DNA of 53,954 bases, counting the filler, from Sphacelaria rigidula (Eukaryota), in assembly GCA_964200075.2 (NCBI GenBank). It is 2 parts of 2 records of this genome, joined end to end, with 100 filler letters (N's around TTAATTAATTAA, not from the genome) between each part and the next. Parts side by side here need not be neighbours in the genome. Positions count along the whole stretch, not along the records: positions 27,050 to 53,954 come from CAXNAA020000128.1; 1 more part is not named here. One strand, given 5' to 3'. Below, piece by piece: positions 38,873 through 50,699 of this stretch. The notes beneath the pieces are model-generated. The model worked only from the letters and a program-made list of their open reading frames with translations, had not been told where the DNA came from and ran no database searches. A program made the position numbers and the translations under genes. Each line of letters starts with the position of its first letter. The first letter of the stretch is position 1.

Positions 38873-39002
38873 AGTGATGTGGGTGAAAAATTCGGAGCGG
38901 AAACGGTCTAAATGGCGTGTTCCACAGTGTTCGCGTTTCTGGCCATTTTCCGTACTTTTCTTGAGCGAAAAAACGATAAGGTATACCTTTTCAAGGTCAG
39001 TG
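36405..39002. mobile_element. ~2.6-kb structure with very long inverted arms (36405-37362 and 38142-39002); long-TIR/foldback element or inverted pair of repeats
   Basis: Mirror ORFs (MRHIARKGAYAPT.. on both strands; FWSRKGKRFLEATRPFSRGH on both strands; CDPG.CG.PYCGD.GAGVGIKLG on both strands). Termini caatggcctagaaaaggtatacctt and aaggtataccttttcaaggtcagtg. The right arm contains a 10-N gap (38787-38796). Confidence 0.85.
37095..37338. mobile_element. Tc1/mariner-type MITE (244 bp) nested in the left arm
   Basis: TA|cagcactggccgtcacgcatataaaaatgggaca...cagcactacagta pairs with tactgtagtgct...tgtccctattttgatatgcatgacgcggccagtactg|TTA. It is absent from the homologous right arm. Confidence 0.85.
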
Positions 39003-39315
39003 CCCTTTTCTTTTCTTACCTTAGACCGTTTCTTACGGTTCATATTTTCCCCTGGTATTTTGCAAGAAGTTCATACCGCTGGGGAACTAGAATCAGAAAA
39101 GTTGACCCTATCTTCCACTTCCAGATATTTGTTGAGGGGGAGGGGGGTATCAAAAGAGCGGGGAGGTACCAAAAGTAATTCAAAGGGGTGTGCACGCCAA
39201 GGCGGGGTACAAAGACTTTGAACCTTCGCCATGTCAAGTTTCCTGTGTTGATGTAAGAAGATGTGCATCCTAGACCTCCCCCGATCTCTGCTGGCCCAGC
39301 TCGTGCTGTGTCAAG

Positions 39316-39840
39316 CTGACATTTTCATCCTGTCCTGCCGTATGCGGCAGGACAGAGAGTACTGTACTGTCCAGTATTGTCGGTACTGCACTTCTCCACC
39401 TCACTTTCAGTGCAGTCGTTGTGCACTACTGTCTGCAAAGTGACATTTGCATCTTAGACTGCCGTATGCGGCAGTGCAGACAGTACTGTACTGCTCAGTA
39501 TACTGTCTGCACTGCACGTTGTCCGCATCACATTTACAGTAGTGCAGTCGTTGTACACTACTGGCAAATTGGCATTCGCGTCCTACTGTTGTATGCGGCA
39601 GTACAAGCCTTATGGTGTCTGCCCCGCACGTTGTCTAGATTTTTTTCAGCAGCCGTTGGTTGCAACCTGACATCTGCATCCTACTGTTTCATGCGGCAGC
39701 ACAGACAGTACAGTACTGCCTGGTGTTGTCTGTATTGCACTTTGTCCACATGTCTTCCGTTGTCAACATCATTTTTTACTACTGCCGCTGCGTACTACCC
39801 TTGTGTGCAAACTGACACTACCCTTGTGTGCGAACTGACA
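39316..39840. repeat. Degenerate tandem array, about 4.5 units of ~100-145 bp, each with a CTGCCG-TATG-CGGCAG-type hairpin core
   Basis: Units start near 39316, 39440, 39570, 39667 and 39811 ((c)tgacat..catcc..ctgccgtatgcggcag..cagacagtactgtactg). Confidence 0.8.
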
Positions 39841-42421
39841 CGTACAACTCACTTCAAAAGGAAGCACACAGTACCGTACTGTCTGCGCTGAGTACTCTCT
39901 ATGCTTCAGGTTTTCGAGAGCACGGTCGATGCCAATATATCATAAACCCCTGACGACATCTCGCGTGCGACGGGATGGCGGAGCAAAGTCTGGTATAGTG
40001 TGTAAACGACGCTGGGGATGTTCGATATTGCTGTCAGGAGAGCCCCGTACATGACGAAGAAGGGCACAAACATCTTCAGCGCTGGCGTGCGTTGCTGGTC
40101 TCGCCGCGTCTCGAATGAAAAATACGAGAAAAACTACAAGTCGATCTCGGCTTGTATATTTTTTGAAAATACAAGCCAGAAGGACTCATCTCGCAAAGTT
40201 TTCCTCCTCTTGTTTATTTTCCGGGAGTCTTGTGAACACACGAACCGTAAGAAGCCTTCTCAATTTTTTCCTCGTAATTTGCAAAATACCAAGGGAAGAT
40301 ACGAACCGCAAGAAACGGCCTCACGATACTCCATACGAAATTAAAAAAAAAAAAACTCTCAAAACTGAGACACAAAATCCAGATTTAGTGTGTTTAATGC
40401 CTCTGCTCGTAATATGTTGGGTTTAATATCGAGTTTTATGTCCGCCATATCTCGAGATAGATAACGAATTAGGTGAAAGTGAGGGTACCGATCGTCTTCT
40501 CACGCTGCAGGGAACATTCACACCAAAATCATGTGCTTTACGTATCATATCGGTTCATGCAGACTTTGGTGTCGACCTCATTTCCGTACGGTATATGAAT
40601 CGCTCCACATGGCGTTTAATCAACGAGAAATAGTTGACCCAGGCTTTTGAACAGGCGCGAACCTTCTTCCTGATATCATGGCTAACAAGCTCTGCGGATC
40701 ACGGCCCCATTTATGTCCCTTGATAAGATAGGGATGTGAGAACTTAACCCCGTTTTGAGGCTAGCCCGCCTCCTACTGCCAACCTAAACGATCTCTCCTG
40801 TATTGGTAAAGCTGCACGCGTACTCTTCCTCAGTTTGTTTCCTCGCCCATCTGTCATCTGGTCCAATATTTTTCAGTCGTGTACACACCTGGTTCCAGGA
40901 ATAACTGTAGCATTGTTTTTAAACAAATTGCACCGCGCAGTTTTCGAGTTATGATCTGAAACTCCCACACGTGCTGGTGCCTGACATACCATCGACCGTC
41001 CTGCACCGCCTTTTGCGCTTTGCCCGCTGCTATCGAGATGCAGGCTGATGCAGGGTGAATGCCCACAATGTTTCCCCCACTATTATAGATACAGAACGCA
41101 AACCAGATTCGATGGAAATGTATTTAGTATCACAGTGACCTCCACAAGCAAGCAAACAGTGTGACATGGCCGCAGTTTTTCTTGGGTCCATGGCTATGCT
41201 GGTACCAGTCAAGATGTTTCTTGGCCAATGGGGGACGTTCAAATTGTTCTGAAATTCAAAAGGCAGATTCCCGACACAAGTTATACCCCGTAATCATGGG
41301 TCAAACCTCATGAACCACCATCGGCTATGGAATTTAACGCGAAAAACGTGTTCGAAAGTGGTTTGTATGGGATCGAGTTATCCCCCAAACCGTGATATTT
41401 CGGTCATGTTCTACTGATAGTATGCGTCAAAAACCCAAAACAATTCGTGGCGGTTCCCTGTATACTTGTCGCAGAAGAATTCCGATCATCCTCAAACTTG
41501 GCAGTTTTGGTAAATATGGGTGCTTTTAATGGAGGGGGGGAAAATGTTGGAGAATATTTCAAAGGTTATCTACTCTATACCGGTCGGGGGTCCTGGCGTG
41601 AAATTTCTCAGCAGTCGGTACCGAACGCTCAGAATATGAAATGCAATCTTAATTCGTCCCAAAGTAGCCCTGGGAACGAACGCATGTACAAATTTGTGTT
41701 GCATGATTCGAAAAGCTGATCCCACTCGGTCGATGCAAGCTTGAACGCACAAGAAAACGGTCGGTAGCTAAGAAAATAAGGTAATTAGGGTGTTCGACAA
41801 ATCATTTTACACTTGATCCTCCATCGGGTCCAGTTTTCACGTGGGTGTTTGGAGTTCGACCATGAAATTTCGCTCACGTGTACTATGAAATTTTACAAAG
41901 CATTCTACGGGTGGATTTTGGCCGTCGAATACCCGGGGTCCCACGAGACCATATGAGAGGACATGACCTCGAGGACCCTTGATGCCTGGTGAAAAATGAG
42001 AAGAATTTTTCCCCATCCATAGAAAGTTTCGCAATATCCCATAGTGTACGCATGCAATATTCCATAGTGCACGCATGCAATCTTCCAGGGTCTAGCTCCA
42101 AAGACCCGCGTTAGAAATCGCGAGGGTTGCAGGGAACGAAATTCAGGCGTCCACCTTGAACCGACCTGCAGTGTGACAAATGCGGGATATTCCCAATCGA
42201 GGGAATATGTGTGTTGTGGGAGCGGAAGAATTTCCGATTGCACTATTGAATTCAATTGAATCACACATTAATCATGACACATGCCAGATGACGAACACCG
42301 AAGAGAACCGGCAAGGCTCAGGGCTTGGAACGTCTGTATCGCCGATACCGAACATCGAAGCGATTGTCATTTAACACGCTAAGAGAGGGGGAAACAGACG
42401 TTGTAGCAGACGTGCAGGACG

Positions 42422-43113
42422 GCGGCCTGAACATCCAGCCAACTCATTGTTCGATTGCAGGCAGTGCGAGTGTTGAAGGTGATACAAACGGAACACTGTA
42501 CTTTGTACTGTGAGCACTCTGCGTACTCATGGATGAACAAGCTGACTTCATGAGTGTCGGCGGCGCCGATGCTCTTGATAACATCGCGGGCTGCGAAGAA
42601 TACGACCGCGAGCGAGAACACGTCGCATCGGCATCAGATAGAGGACGTGAGCCGCGACGTGAGCACCATGCGGGGCGAGCTCGGGCAAGCGTTTGCACGC
42701 ATGCGGGAAGAAAACGACCATGCATTTTCGAGAATCTTTGAATCTTTGAACAGCTGGCCGAATTGAAGAACGCCAGCTTGAACCGTCACACCGCTGCGAC
42801 ACGACTCGCCACCCCCATCAGCGGCATGCAACCCGGTGATGTCGGTGCCAACCTCTCCGACATTGCAACAGTATCTCGTTTGTGGACACATGTCGGTGAA
42901 GGAGAACTTCGACCAGGACCGCAGAAAGCGGAGTGCCCCGACTGCCAACGGGACTGGCCCAAGAAAGAAGGCGTCGACAACACCCGGTGCAAAGCGGGAA
43001 CTAACTTGCTTCACATGATGAGTCGGAAAATATTAGCTCACCGAGGAACAGTGCACGGTTCTGACGGATCATCACCGATTCGAATCACCAAATCCACTAT
43101 TTCTCAGGCCTGA
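42422..43113 (+). pseudogene. Disrupted ORF: coiled coil followed by a small helical domain; possible Crypton/GCR1_C-like TE remnant
   Basis: Removing the 8-bp tandem duplication at 42743-42750 fuses ORF 42554 with ORF 42763 (...FSRIFEQLAELKNASLNRH...LSDIATVSRLWTHVGEG...). In-frame TGA codons lie upstream. The family call is by eye only. Confidence 0.5.
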
Positions 43114-43398
43114 TTGCGGGGAAGAGAGAAAAACGTCGACCGCTGGTGAAGGATGTGTTTACGCAACTTTTGCGCCATTCCACGTGCCGGGGCTGCGCGT
43201 ACCTGGCTTGCAACGCTGATTACAAAGCCCGAGGATTGATTCGTACGGTACAAATCAACTACACTACAATCAAGTGATTTCCAGACGAATCATTGATTCG
43301 TTCGACCCTTGAAACAGAGCAAATACCGTCACATCTGGATGAGACGGTAACATGCACTTTTCCTCCGTGAGCTGTGTCGCATTTCCCGTCTAACCATT

Positions 43399-43660
43399 TG
43401 AAGCAAGTTAGTTCCCGCTTTGCACCGGGTGTTGTCGACGCCTTCTTTCTTGGGCCAGCCCCATTGGCAGTCAGGGCACTCCGCTTTCTGCGGTCCTGGT
43501 CGAAGTTCTCCTTCACCGACATGTGTCTAGAAACGAGATACTGCTGGAATGTCGGAGAGTTTGGCACCGACATCATCGGGCTGCGTGCCGCTGATGGCGG
43601 TGGCGAGTCGTGTCGCAGCGGTGTGGCGGTTCAAGCTGGCGTTCTTCAATTCGGCCAGCT
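43399..43660 (-). repeat. Inverted copy (~262 bp) of 42752-43013
   Basis: agctggccgaattgaagaacgccagcttgaacc...gggaactaacttgcttca occurs on both strands. Mirror ORFs 42836+ and 43259-. Confidence 0.93.
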
Positions 43661-44770
43661 CTTGTCATGTCTGCGTGGATAATGTTAATACTCCTTCAAA
43701 AACCGGGTGGTACCAACGATTGCGTCTTATTGCGCGGAGATATGAAGTCCGCTGTACACACACATACACCTGCCCTGTGCACAGGGCTTTTATTAATGCA
43801 CAAATTCGAAAGTCGAGTACGATTGAGTGACTTCGTGTACCTTTGTTTTTGCGTTTTCGATTTTACTGGACGTTAAAGAACTTTACTCCAGAGGGCAAGA
43901 CGACAAGAGGTAACACCTGGTTGGGTACTATATGATTGTAACCATTGGGTTCATGACTAGTACGCTAGGCGGGACAAACGCCTCAATAAATATTCTGTGT
44001 CGGAACATTCTCCAATACATTTGCAATCGTCCGAGAAATGTCGCGGAGGCTCATTAATTGAGATTATGGCCGAGTCAGACGACCAAACTGACTTCCACAT
44101 CCATTCCATGCCCCCATGCGCCTGTCCTGATTTTTTTTTCATCGGAGTCGGAGTCTTTGTCTGCGTGGTATGCCAAACATAGTACCCATAGGATGATCAG
44201 TATTATAGCTTGGTGGCACCCAAGTGGACTCATGAAGATACAGCCGTTGTCACATGATAAGGGTACCCCGAGATGAAACAAACTGGACACCCGCGCTGGA
44301 GACATGTGAAGAAAAACAGAAAGATAGAACAGACAGAGAAGCTGAAGAGAAGAAACAAAATAAATACAAGACAAAGGCAGTACAAAGATAGAACAGAACT
44401 GGAGATCGCCGACCTCTGCAAGATGGCTCGGTGGGCACGTTCTTGCGCAAGATGCGCACACTCGTCCGCAAATGTCAAATATGATTTTTCCCCGCAATCT
44501 CACATATCCCATATCACAGCTCTCAACAGTATTGAATTGGAAACGATATCGCCGGGGTATTCGGGCCGCGGCGTTGTGCACTGCCTATTCCTAGCGTCAA
44601 GTAGATATATGTTTGCTACTCCTACGCGTTGGAGGTGGCGAGGAGAGTTGTGGTGGAAACAGTTTCTGTGCCAATGTGGAACTAACGAGCTTGTAAGGAA
44701 TTTCGAAAAGTGTTTCGCTATGTGCACATTTCACACTAACAGTACGGGTGTACCCACCCCCCCCCCCGGA

Positions 44771-45235
44771 AATGCCCCTGTTGACAAAGCAATAGAAAGC
44801 AAGACTTATATAGTTGCGGGATGTGAACTATACAGGGTTGAACGGGACGTGCTAGAGGGGGGAATGCGGGACGTGAACGAAGATGGCATGAAATCGTTTG
44901 ATGTGTTGGACACCAGCGAGCAAATAATGGCTACACTAGGAGATAGATTGTGGCCACAGACGGCGAAACAGGATGGGGATGAGACATGTAAAAGGTGTTC
45001 GTGCAATGCATAGAAAAAACGTAATGAGCACCTCAATCTTGGAGGTGTCTCTATTAGGAGTAGGAACGGTGCTCCGTCTCGAAAGGAATGCGTGGTCAAC
45101 GGTGAAACGGCTACGGCAAGCAACAAATGAGTACACGCGCCCCCGTGCCCCCCGCCATCCCCTCCCCGTCTCGCAAGGGATGCCTGGTCAATGATCAAAC
45201 GAGTAAGGCAAGCAACAAATGAGTACGCCCGCCCC
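44771..45235 (+). mobile_element. LINE 3' fragment, same family as 25561-26949
   Basis: KAIESKTYIVAGCELYRVERDVLEGGMR continues the CGKAIES motif, followed by a 3' region gcgtggtcaa...ggcaagcaacaaatgagtac. Confidence 0.85.
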
Positions 45236-45489
45236 GAAGAATTTCGGCAGGCTCGTACTCGATCAGTGATGCCGGAGCTTTCTCAAGATGTTTGAGAGGA
45301 GCTTGAAACGACGTCATTATATTTGGGAGTACGGTGGAAACACACATATACACACAGAAGTTACGTTACGTCACGTCACATCAGGGGGCCCCATCCAAAT
45401 GGCATCCCCGTACTGGTGGAGACGGCTCAATCCTACCCTCTTCTCCCATAGGGCGGGGATAAGATATATGAAGGATTCTGTGCAGTATA

Positions 45490-45625
45490 CGGAGGAAACG
45501 TAATGAGCGCCCAAATAGGGGAAGTGTCTCCATGAGGAGTAGGAACGGTGCTTCGTCTCGAAAGGGATGCGTGGTCAATGTCCAGACGACTGAGGCAAGC
45601 AACAAATGAGCACGCCCCTCTCCTC
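45490..45625 (+). mobile_element. Short LINE 3'-end fragment
   Basis: aaacgtaatgagcgccc...gtaggaacggtgct.cgtctcgaaagg.atgcgtggtcaa...gcaagcaacaaatgag matches 45018-45135. Confidence 0.85.
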
Positions 45626-45638
45626 CCATCCTTGACTC

Positions 45639-48600
45639 ATGTTCGGATGGAAAAAAAGGTCACCCCAAGCGTCCACCACTGGTGGAAACGACAGGGCTGT
45701 TGCGGGGACGCCTGAAGAAACAACCGGCGGTGCAGCTGCAGCCTCCACCGCTAACGCGAGAAAGCTGATGGTGCGGGATGTAGCAGTTTCCGAGCTACAG
45801 GATGGACGCCCCGTTCTACTGTGCCTTGCTTCCTCCCCGGGGCTGGCGTCCGAAGTGCGTTGTAGGAGCTTGTCGCCGATTGACGTGCAGAAAATGTTTT
45901 TTGTTCGTGTTTTTCTCTGCGTGTGTGTTTATTTTCCTGATTCGATTATGCAAAGAAAAAAACAGAAGAAGAAACAAGACGATACCCGATGATCTCAGTA
46001 TCATGGGAGTAGACGGGTGCTTCTTGATGACGCCTCGATTCACCGCGAAACAGCCGTGCTATTGTAGTAGTAGGGCGGCAACATGATGGTGGCAGTCTCG
46101 GAACATTTTAATCCCGCTAGCCAGCAAAGATCAAGTTATTACTGTGAGGTGATGATGGTCCTACCAATCTATATTGTGCTATTTTTTTTCTCCAGCGCGC
46201 TCTACTGATGCCGTGGGTGCTGCTTCTGGATTCCATCATATCCTGGGCAATTCATGGTGGGTTCATCCCCTTGGATGTTTTGGGCTTGGCAATATCGCTG
46301 ACCCCGCGTGTCATTCACCCCGTGGTTTTGTTCTGAATGTCAAACCCTACATGTTGTTCTTCTGGCGGGAAGGTCCACTGCGTGGAGCCTCAGACGGGAA
46401 GGACGCTCCGGATAGCCACGGGGTTGCCGATCATGCTCACTCGCATGGCCGTTCTGCCGACAACAGTTGGCACGACTGCAAGTACCGGCGCTGCTGCGCT
46501 TGTGGCGGCACATCGCAGGAGCAATAGCGGGGAGAGCGAGGAGAAGATGGTCGCGGGCGGTATCAGGCGTGCTAATGCTGGGGAAACCAACGATGTAGTT
46601 GTGGCAGTTGGGGGTGTTGGTGGCCGTGTTCAGCTGGTGGGAATACAGGTGATGATGCCATTGAGTTGTCGGTGTGGTGTATGTGCGTGTATGGGGCGTG
46701 CTTGTCAAGAAATTGCCATGCTCTCTTGCTACTGGTGAGAACCTCCTCACATCAATGGGCTCACTGCATGTACGTCGACCGCCGCAGGGCAGAAATTAGT
46801 TTATGTACACCTTGTCTGATGGGAGGAGCTAACGATCAACGAGAACAGCTATACGCTTGAGCAAAACAAGAAGTTACTATGCTATATAAGCAGCATGTAG
46901 GGCTGGGTAAAGCTTCGTAGATCAAAAACGCGGGGTATGTCGACGGAAGGCGCGCGTGTCCAACTTGGTGACTGTTCCCTTACACAGACGAGGTCGCGCC
47001 GCGGTTTTCACGAGTTTCTCGACAAAACAAATCCGGTCTGCGTTTCTCGTATATTTTTTTTCACTAGTCCTTCAATTCCTGAATCGGTTCATCAACGATG
47101 GTCATCGAAGAGCTTTGTATGTGCGTATGAAAAGCGGCGGAAAATGACTCAAATAAATATTTCATGCCACGTGTTCGTCTGGTCACTGGCGGTGTGGCAG
47201 CTCCTACGCCAACACGTCACAACACCGCCAACAACGCCAGGGGCACAACGAGGACGAGGCGGTACCCCGTCACCCCAGAATGTCCGTCAACCAGCCAGCC
47301 CACCTGCGACAACTGGGAACAAAAACATGTCCACGGAGAGGGAAGGAGTACCAATCACGTCTCTTGCGGCGTTCGTTGTCCCCGAGAACGACTACAAGGA
47401 CAGCAATAGCAGCGCACAAGGGCTCTGGGACACGTCGCAGGCTGCCGATTGCGGTAGTTGTGTGATGGTGGCCACTGGATGGGAGGATGGGCGCTGGACT
47501 GTCACACCATTTTTCAGTTTCGATGAAGATCATGGTGGAGCTTGTGCGTTGTCTGAGGGGGGAGACGACATTGTGGGGTCGGAGTTGGAGCAGGTCGGCG
47601 GAGACACGGATGCGCTGGGCCCAGGCGCTGTTTTGCACATGGTGCATCAGGTGAAGACAAGGCATGCGTTTTCTTTTTTCGAACTCCTATTCTGTGGTCT
47701 TATTTGTGATCGAGGCAGGTGGGGGTGGGGTAGGGGCAGAGGGGATGCATTTCGTTCAAGATGTTCTTCCCGATTTTTCGTTTTTGTGAGACTCTTTTAT
47801 TTTTGCTATTCTTGTAGTTGTTAGGACATTGGCTAGAATAGGGCGAGTACACCTTTTTTCTTTTTCTTGGTGTCTTCGTACCTTTTTTCCGGTTTCTGCC
47901 TGTACGGTACTGTTTTGCGCTCCTCCTCCCGTCCGTTTTTCTCACGATGCACTGTGTGTTTGTCTGTTTCCAAGATATTGTCAGTGGTACAGAGGAGTTT
48001 CTCTGTACTTTATCCTTGTTTCGGCCTCCTTTCATGCGCTCCCAGGCCACAGTACTCATCTCTTCATCCCAACCTGACGACCTGTACTAGTTGTCGGGCG
48101 CTCACCCCCAGCATCTTCACGTGCAGAACGTTGATGTTGCATCGCACACCGCTGTGAGAATGCGGCTAGCTTATGCCCCCTTCACCAACCCCCATCTCCT
48201 GCCGCCGCCGCTTCCGTCGACCCCTTCTCCCCCCCCCCCGGACCATTACCGTACCCTGGTATCGGCGGCTGTGTTGCTTCACCAGCCTCGACGCTCACAA
48301 ATGCACTCCCGACAATCCAATGTCGGTACTAGCTTCTTGCTTTGGGTTACCACGTCCGCGGGATTTATGTTATTCGAGGTACCTACCCGCTGGTCGGCTG
48401 AACAGGTGAGCGGGTGCTAGGGTTGTCGGGTGGGTGAGAGAAGCGACCACGGCTGGCTGCTTTGAGTCACCATATCCGCGCGCGATTCGCTGGCTTTCAT
48501 TGTGTTTCACGCGCTGTTCCGATTTGGTTACCCTTTGTATCTGGTTGTGTTTAGGAGGCGGCGTCGATGAAGGCCTAACATTGAGGTATCTAGTGGGTCA

Positions 48601-50436
48601 GACGGTTGATGCTCATCGTGTGTCGAGTAACTCGTAAATGGTGATGATGAATGAGAGTGACGCACGCCGAGTCGAGAAGACATACCAACATATATCGAAT
48701 TGAGATGAAGTGCAGTCAAGGACTGCGAGACAAATGGACTGCGTGTAAATAAGTGATGACGGCACGTGCAGCACTTATAACCCAAGGCAAGCGCGAAAAC
48801 ATTCCCCTCGTCTTCTCTGTGCGCGTGCAACCCCAGACGTTGTGGGCTCCCTTTTCACACGATAGGGGGTTGATGGGTACGGGACTCGTGAAAGCAACCG
48901 GGGTCATCATCCAAGTCACTGTTTACGAGGCGAGGAGATTGATCAAGTCGCAAACAGTATGGCTTCTACGAGAACCTTGCGAACATGTATATGGTACATG
49001 CACATGATTACTGTATGGATCATTCAAGTTCGAGAACAAGTTGTTTGCTCGATATTGATGAGGAAACGCCTCCTCCCTCCCACATTCTCCTGTCCCAAGA
49101 GTGTAGGGTGTCATTGCGGATATTGAAGAGTTCAGCCCCTACGTCACAGAGTTGCGGAAAAGTCTCTCAAGCCCAGGCTGTTATTGAATACTCACGGTGG
49201 AGTTCTGGAGGCATTTAGGACATGGCGTACTCCACTCTGTGCTGCGCAATTGCACTGCCCTACTCGTGAGATTGATTGTTCAATTGGTGTGTGTGTTGGA
49301 GCTGTAGTGTTTGTAAAGACCTTGCATCAAAAGTCGGCATGCATCGATTCACGAGCAACATCTACCCACACACAAAGCCATGGGACGTAAGCGGGTAATA
49401 CATACTTGATCCCCACCCCCCACATGCTACTGCCCGTCATACATACTTAACCCCCCCCCCACCCCCTATGCTACTGTCCGTCGCAGCGATCTGCGCGTCC
49501 TCTTTGTGTCAAACATTCGTCGATGGTGAACGGAGCACGTCCTCAGTGTCTCCGGGCGATGGCTGTGGGCGGAGGTCCAGCGAGAGAGCTGATGGCGTTC
49601 GCGACTGTCCGAGAGTCCGACAACACACCGGTGCTCATCGTCGTGGACACCGACGAGACGATGGGTGAGTTGAGGCCACGATTGCTTGTTTTTTCTTCGT
49701 CGACTTATGGTTGCGCCATTTGCTGTGCAATACCTCGCGAATCGTTCCAAGGGTCGCCTGGGAATTACTTGCGTTTGGTCTACTTCATTCGTACCGTGTG
49801 AATCAATCCTTGGACGATGTTTTCTGGCTTATGCACCCCGCCGCGTCCCGGTGGTGTAGTGGTCCAACTGTCCCCGTTATAGTAGGGTGGAAAGAACGAG
49901 GGTGCGATTCCCGATGTGTTGAGTGGTCTTCTTCGTAGTATCTGATTTCCACCGTGGAAAGCGCGAGAACGCGAGCAAATAAACTAGTCGACTGAGCTTG
50001 TTTGACGTGACTTGACGCGGTTCGGGAGTGCTGACCCAATCCGCGAGACCAAAAGGCAAGGCGTGTACCGGGGGAGAGACGAGATGATACCTTGAGACCA
50101 CGGACTCGTCCCGAGGAAAGAAAGGGGTTCAAAGGGCGACAAAAAACAAAACAAAACAGGCACGCACACCCCGGGCAGGTGGAATAGCGCAAGGGTTGCG
50201 TGGAGACGTTCTTGACCCGCGGCCAAAGTTTTTTTCTCTTTCGAGCAATCATGCTGCAGAAATCATAGATTTGATGGTTCTGACTAATATAGCGATGATT
50301 CCTCCGACCCCCCCTCCCCCCTAGGATGGTGCAAAACTGCAGGTGCGCACCCTTCTGGGCGTTACCCGCGAAAGGCGCTATCGAGAAGTGCCCCTATACC
50401 CGGTACCGTACGGCAGATCACTTCCTTCCGTGAATG
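45639..50436 (+). CDS. Multi-exon gene, probable beta-propeller (WD40-like) protein; both ends uncertain
   Basis: Phase-consistent exons 45639(or 45659)-45854, 46373-46648, 47201-47650, 48286-48405, 49487-49664 and 50325-~50436. Blade-like motifs: VVVAVGGVGGRVQLV, PITSLAAF, VMVATGWEDGRWTV, LLWVTTSAGFMLFEV, PVLIVVD, IPGTVRQITSF. Confidence 0.7.
49844..50158 (+). mobile_element. tRNA-derived SINE, copy 2 (intronic)
   Basis: A-box gtcccggtggtgtagtggt, B-box-like ggtgcgattcc, a body colinear with copy 1 and a (CAAAA)n tail. Confidence 0.85.
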
Positions 50437-50699
50437 GTGTGGTTCTGCTAGAGCGTTCATCACGACCCTCTCGATTTTATGTGACAACGCATGCACACAT
50501 GAGTTGGTGTGACACCTACGACACGTGTTGCGTCTTGATCCTTCCACGTTTCATTTCGCCCACCCACCCCCACCCATATGACAAGGTGAAAGAGGCATCA
50601 TTGGTACAAGATTACGAAAGCGTAACGAACAAACGAGGGTCATAGTTACAGTCTCGTGGGGAAGGAATTTCGGGGTGGGGCGGGCGGGGGGTGTTGACG

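Noticed and set aside
39316..39840. CRISPR-like array
   Set aside because: The units are degenerate, the would-be spacers are homologous to each other, no cas genes are present and the context is eukaryotic.
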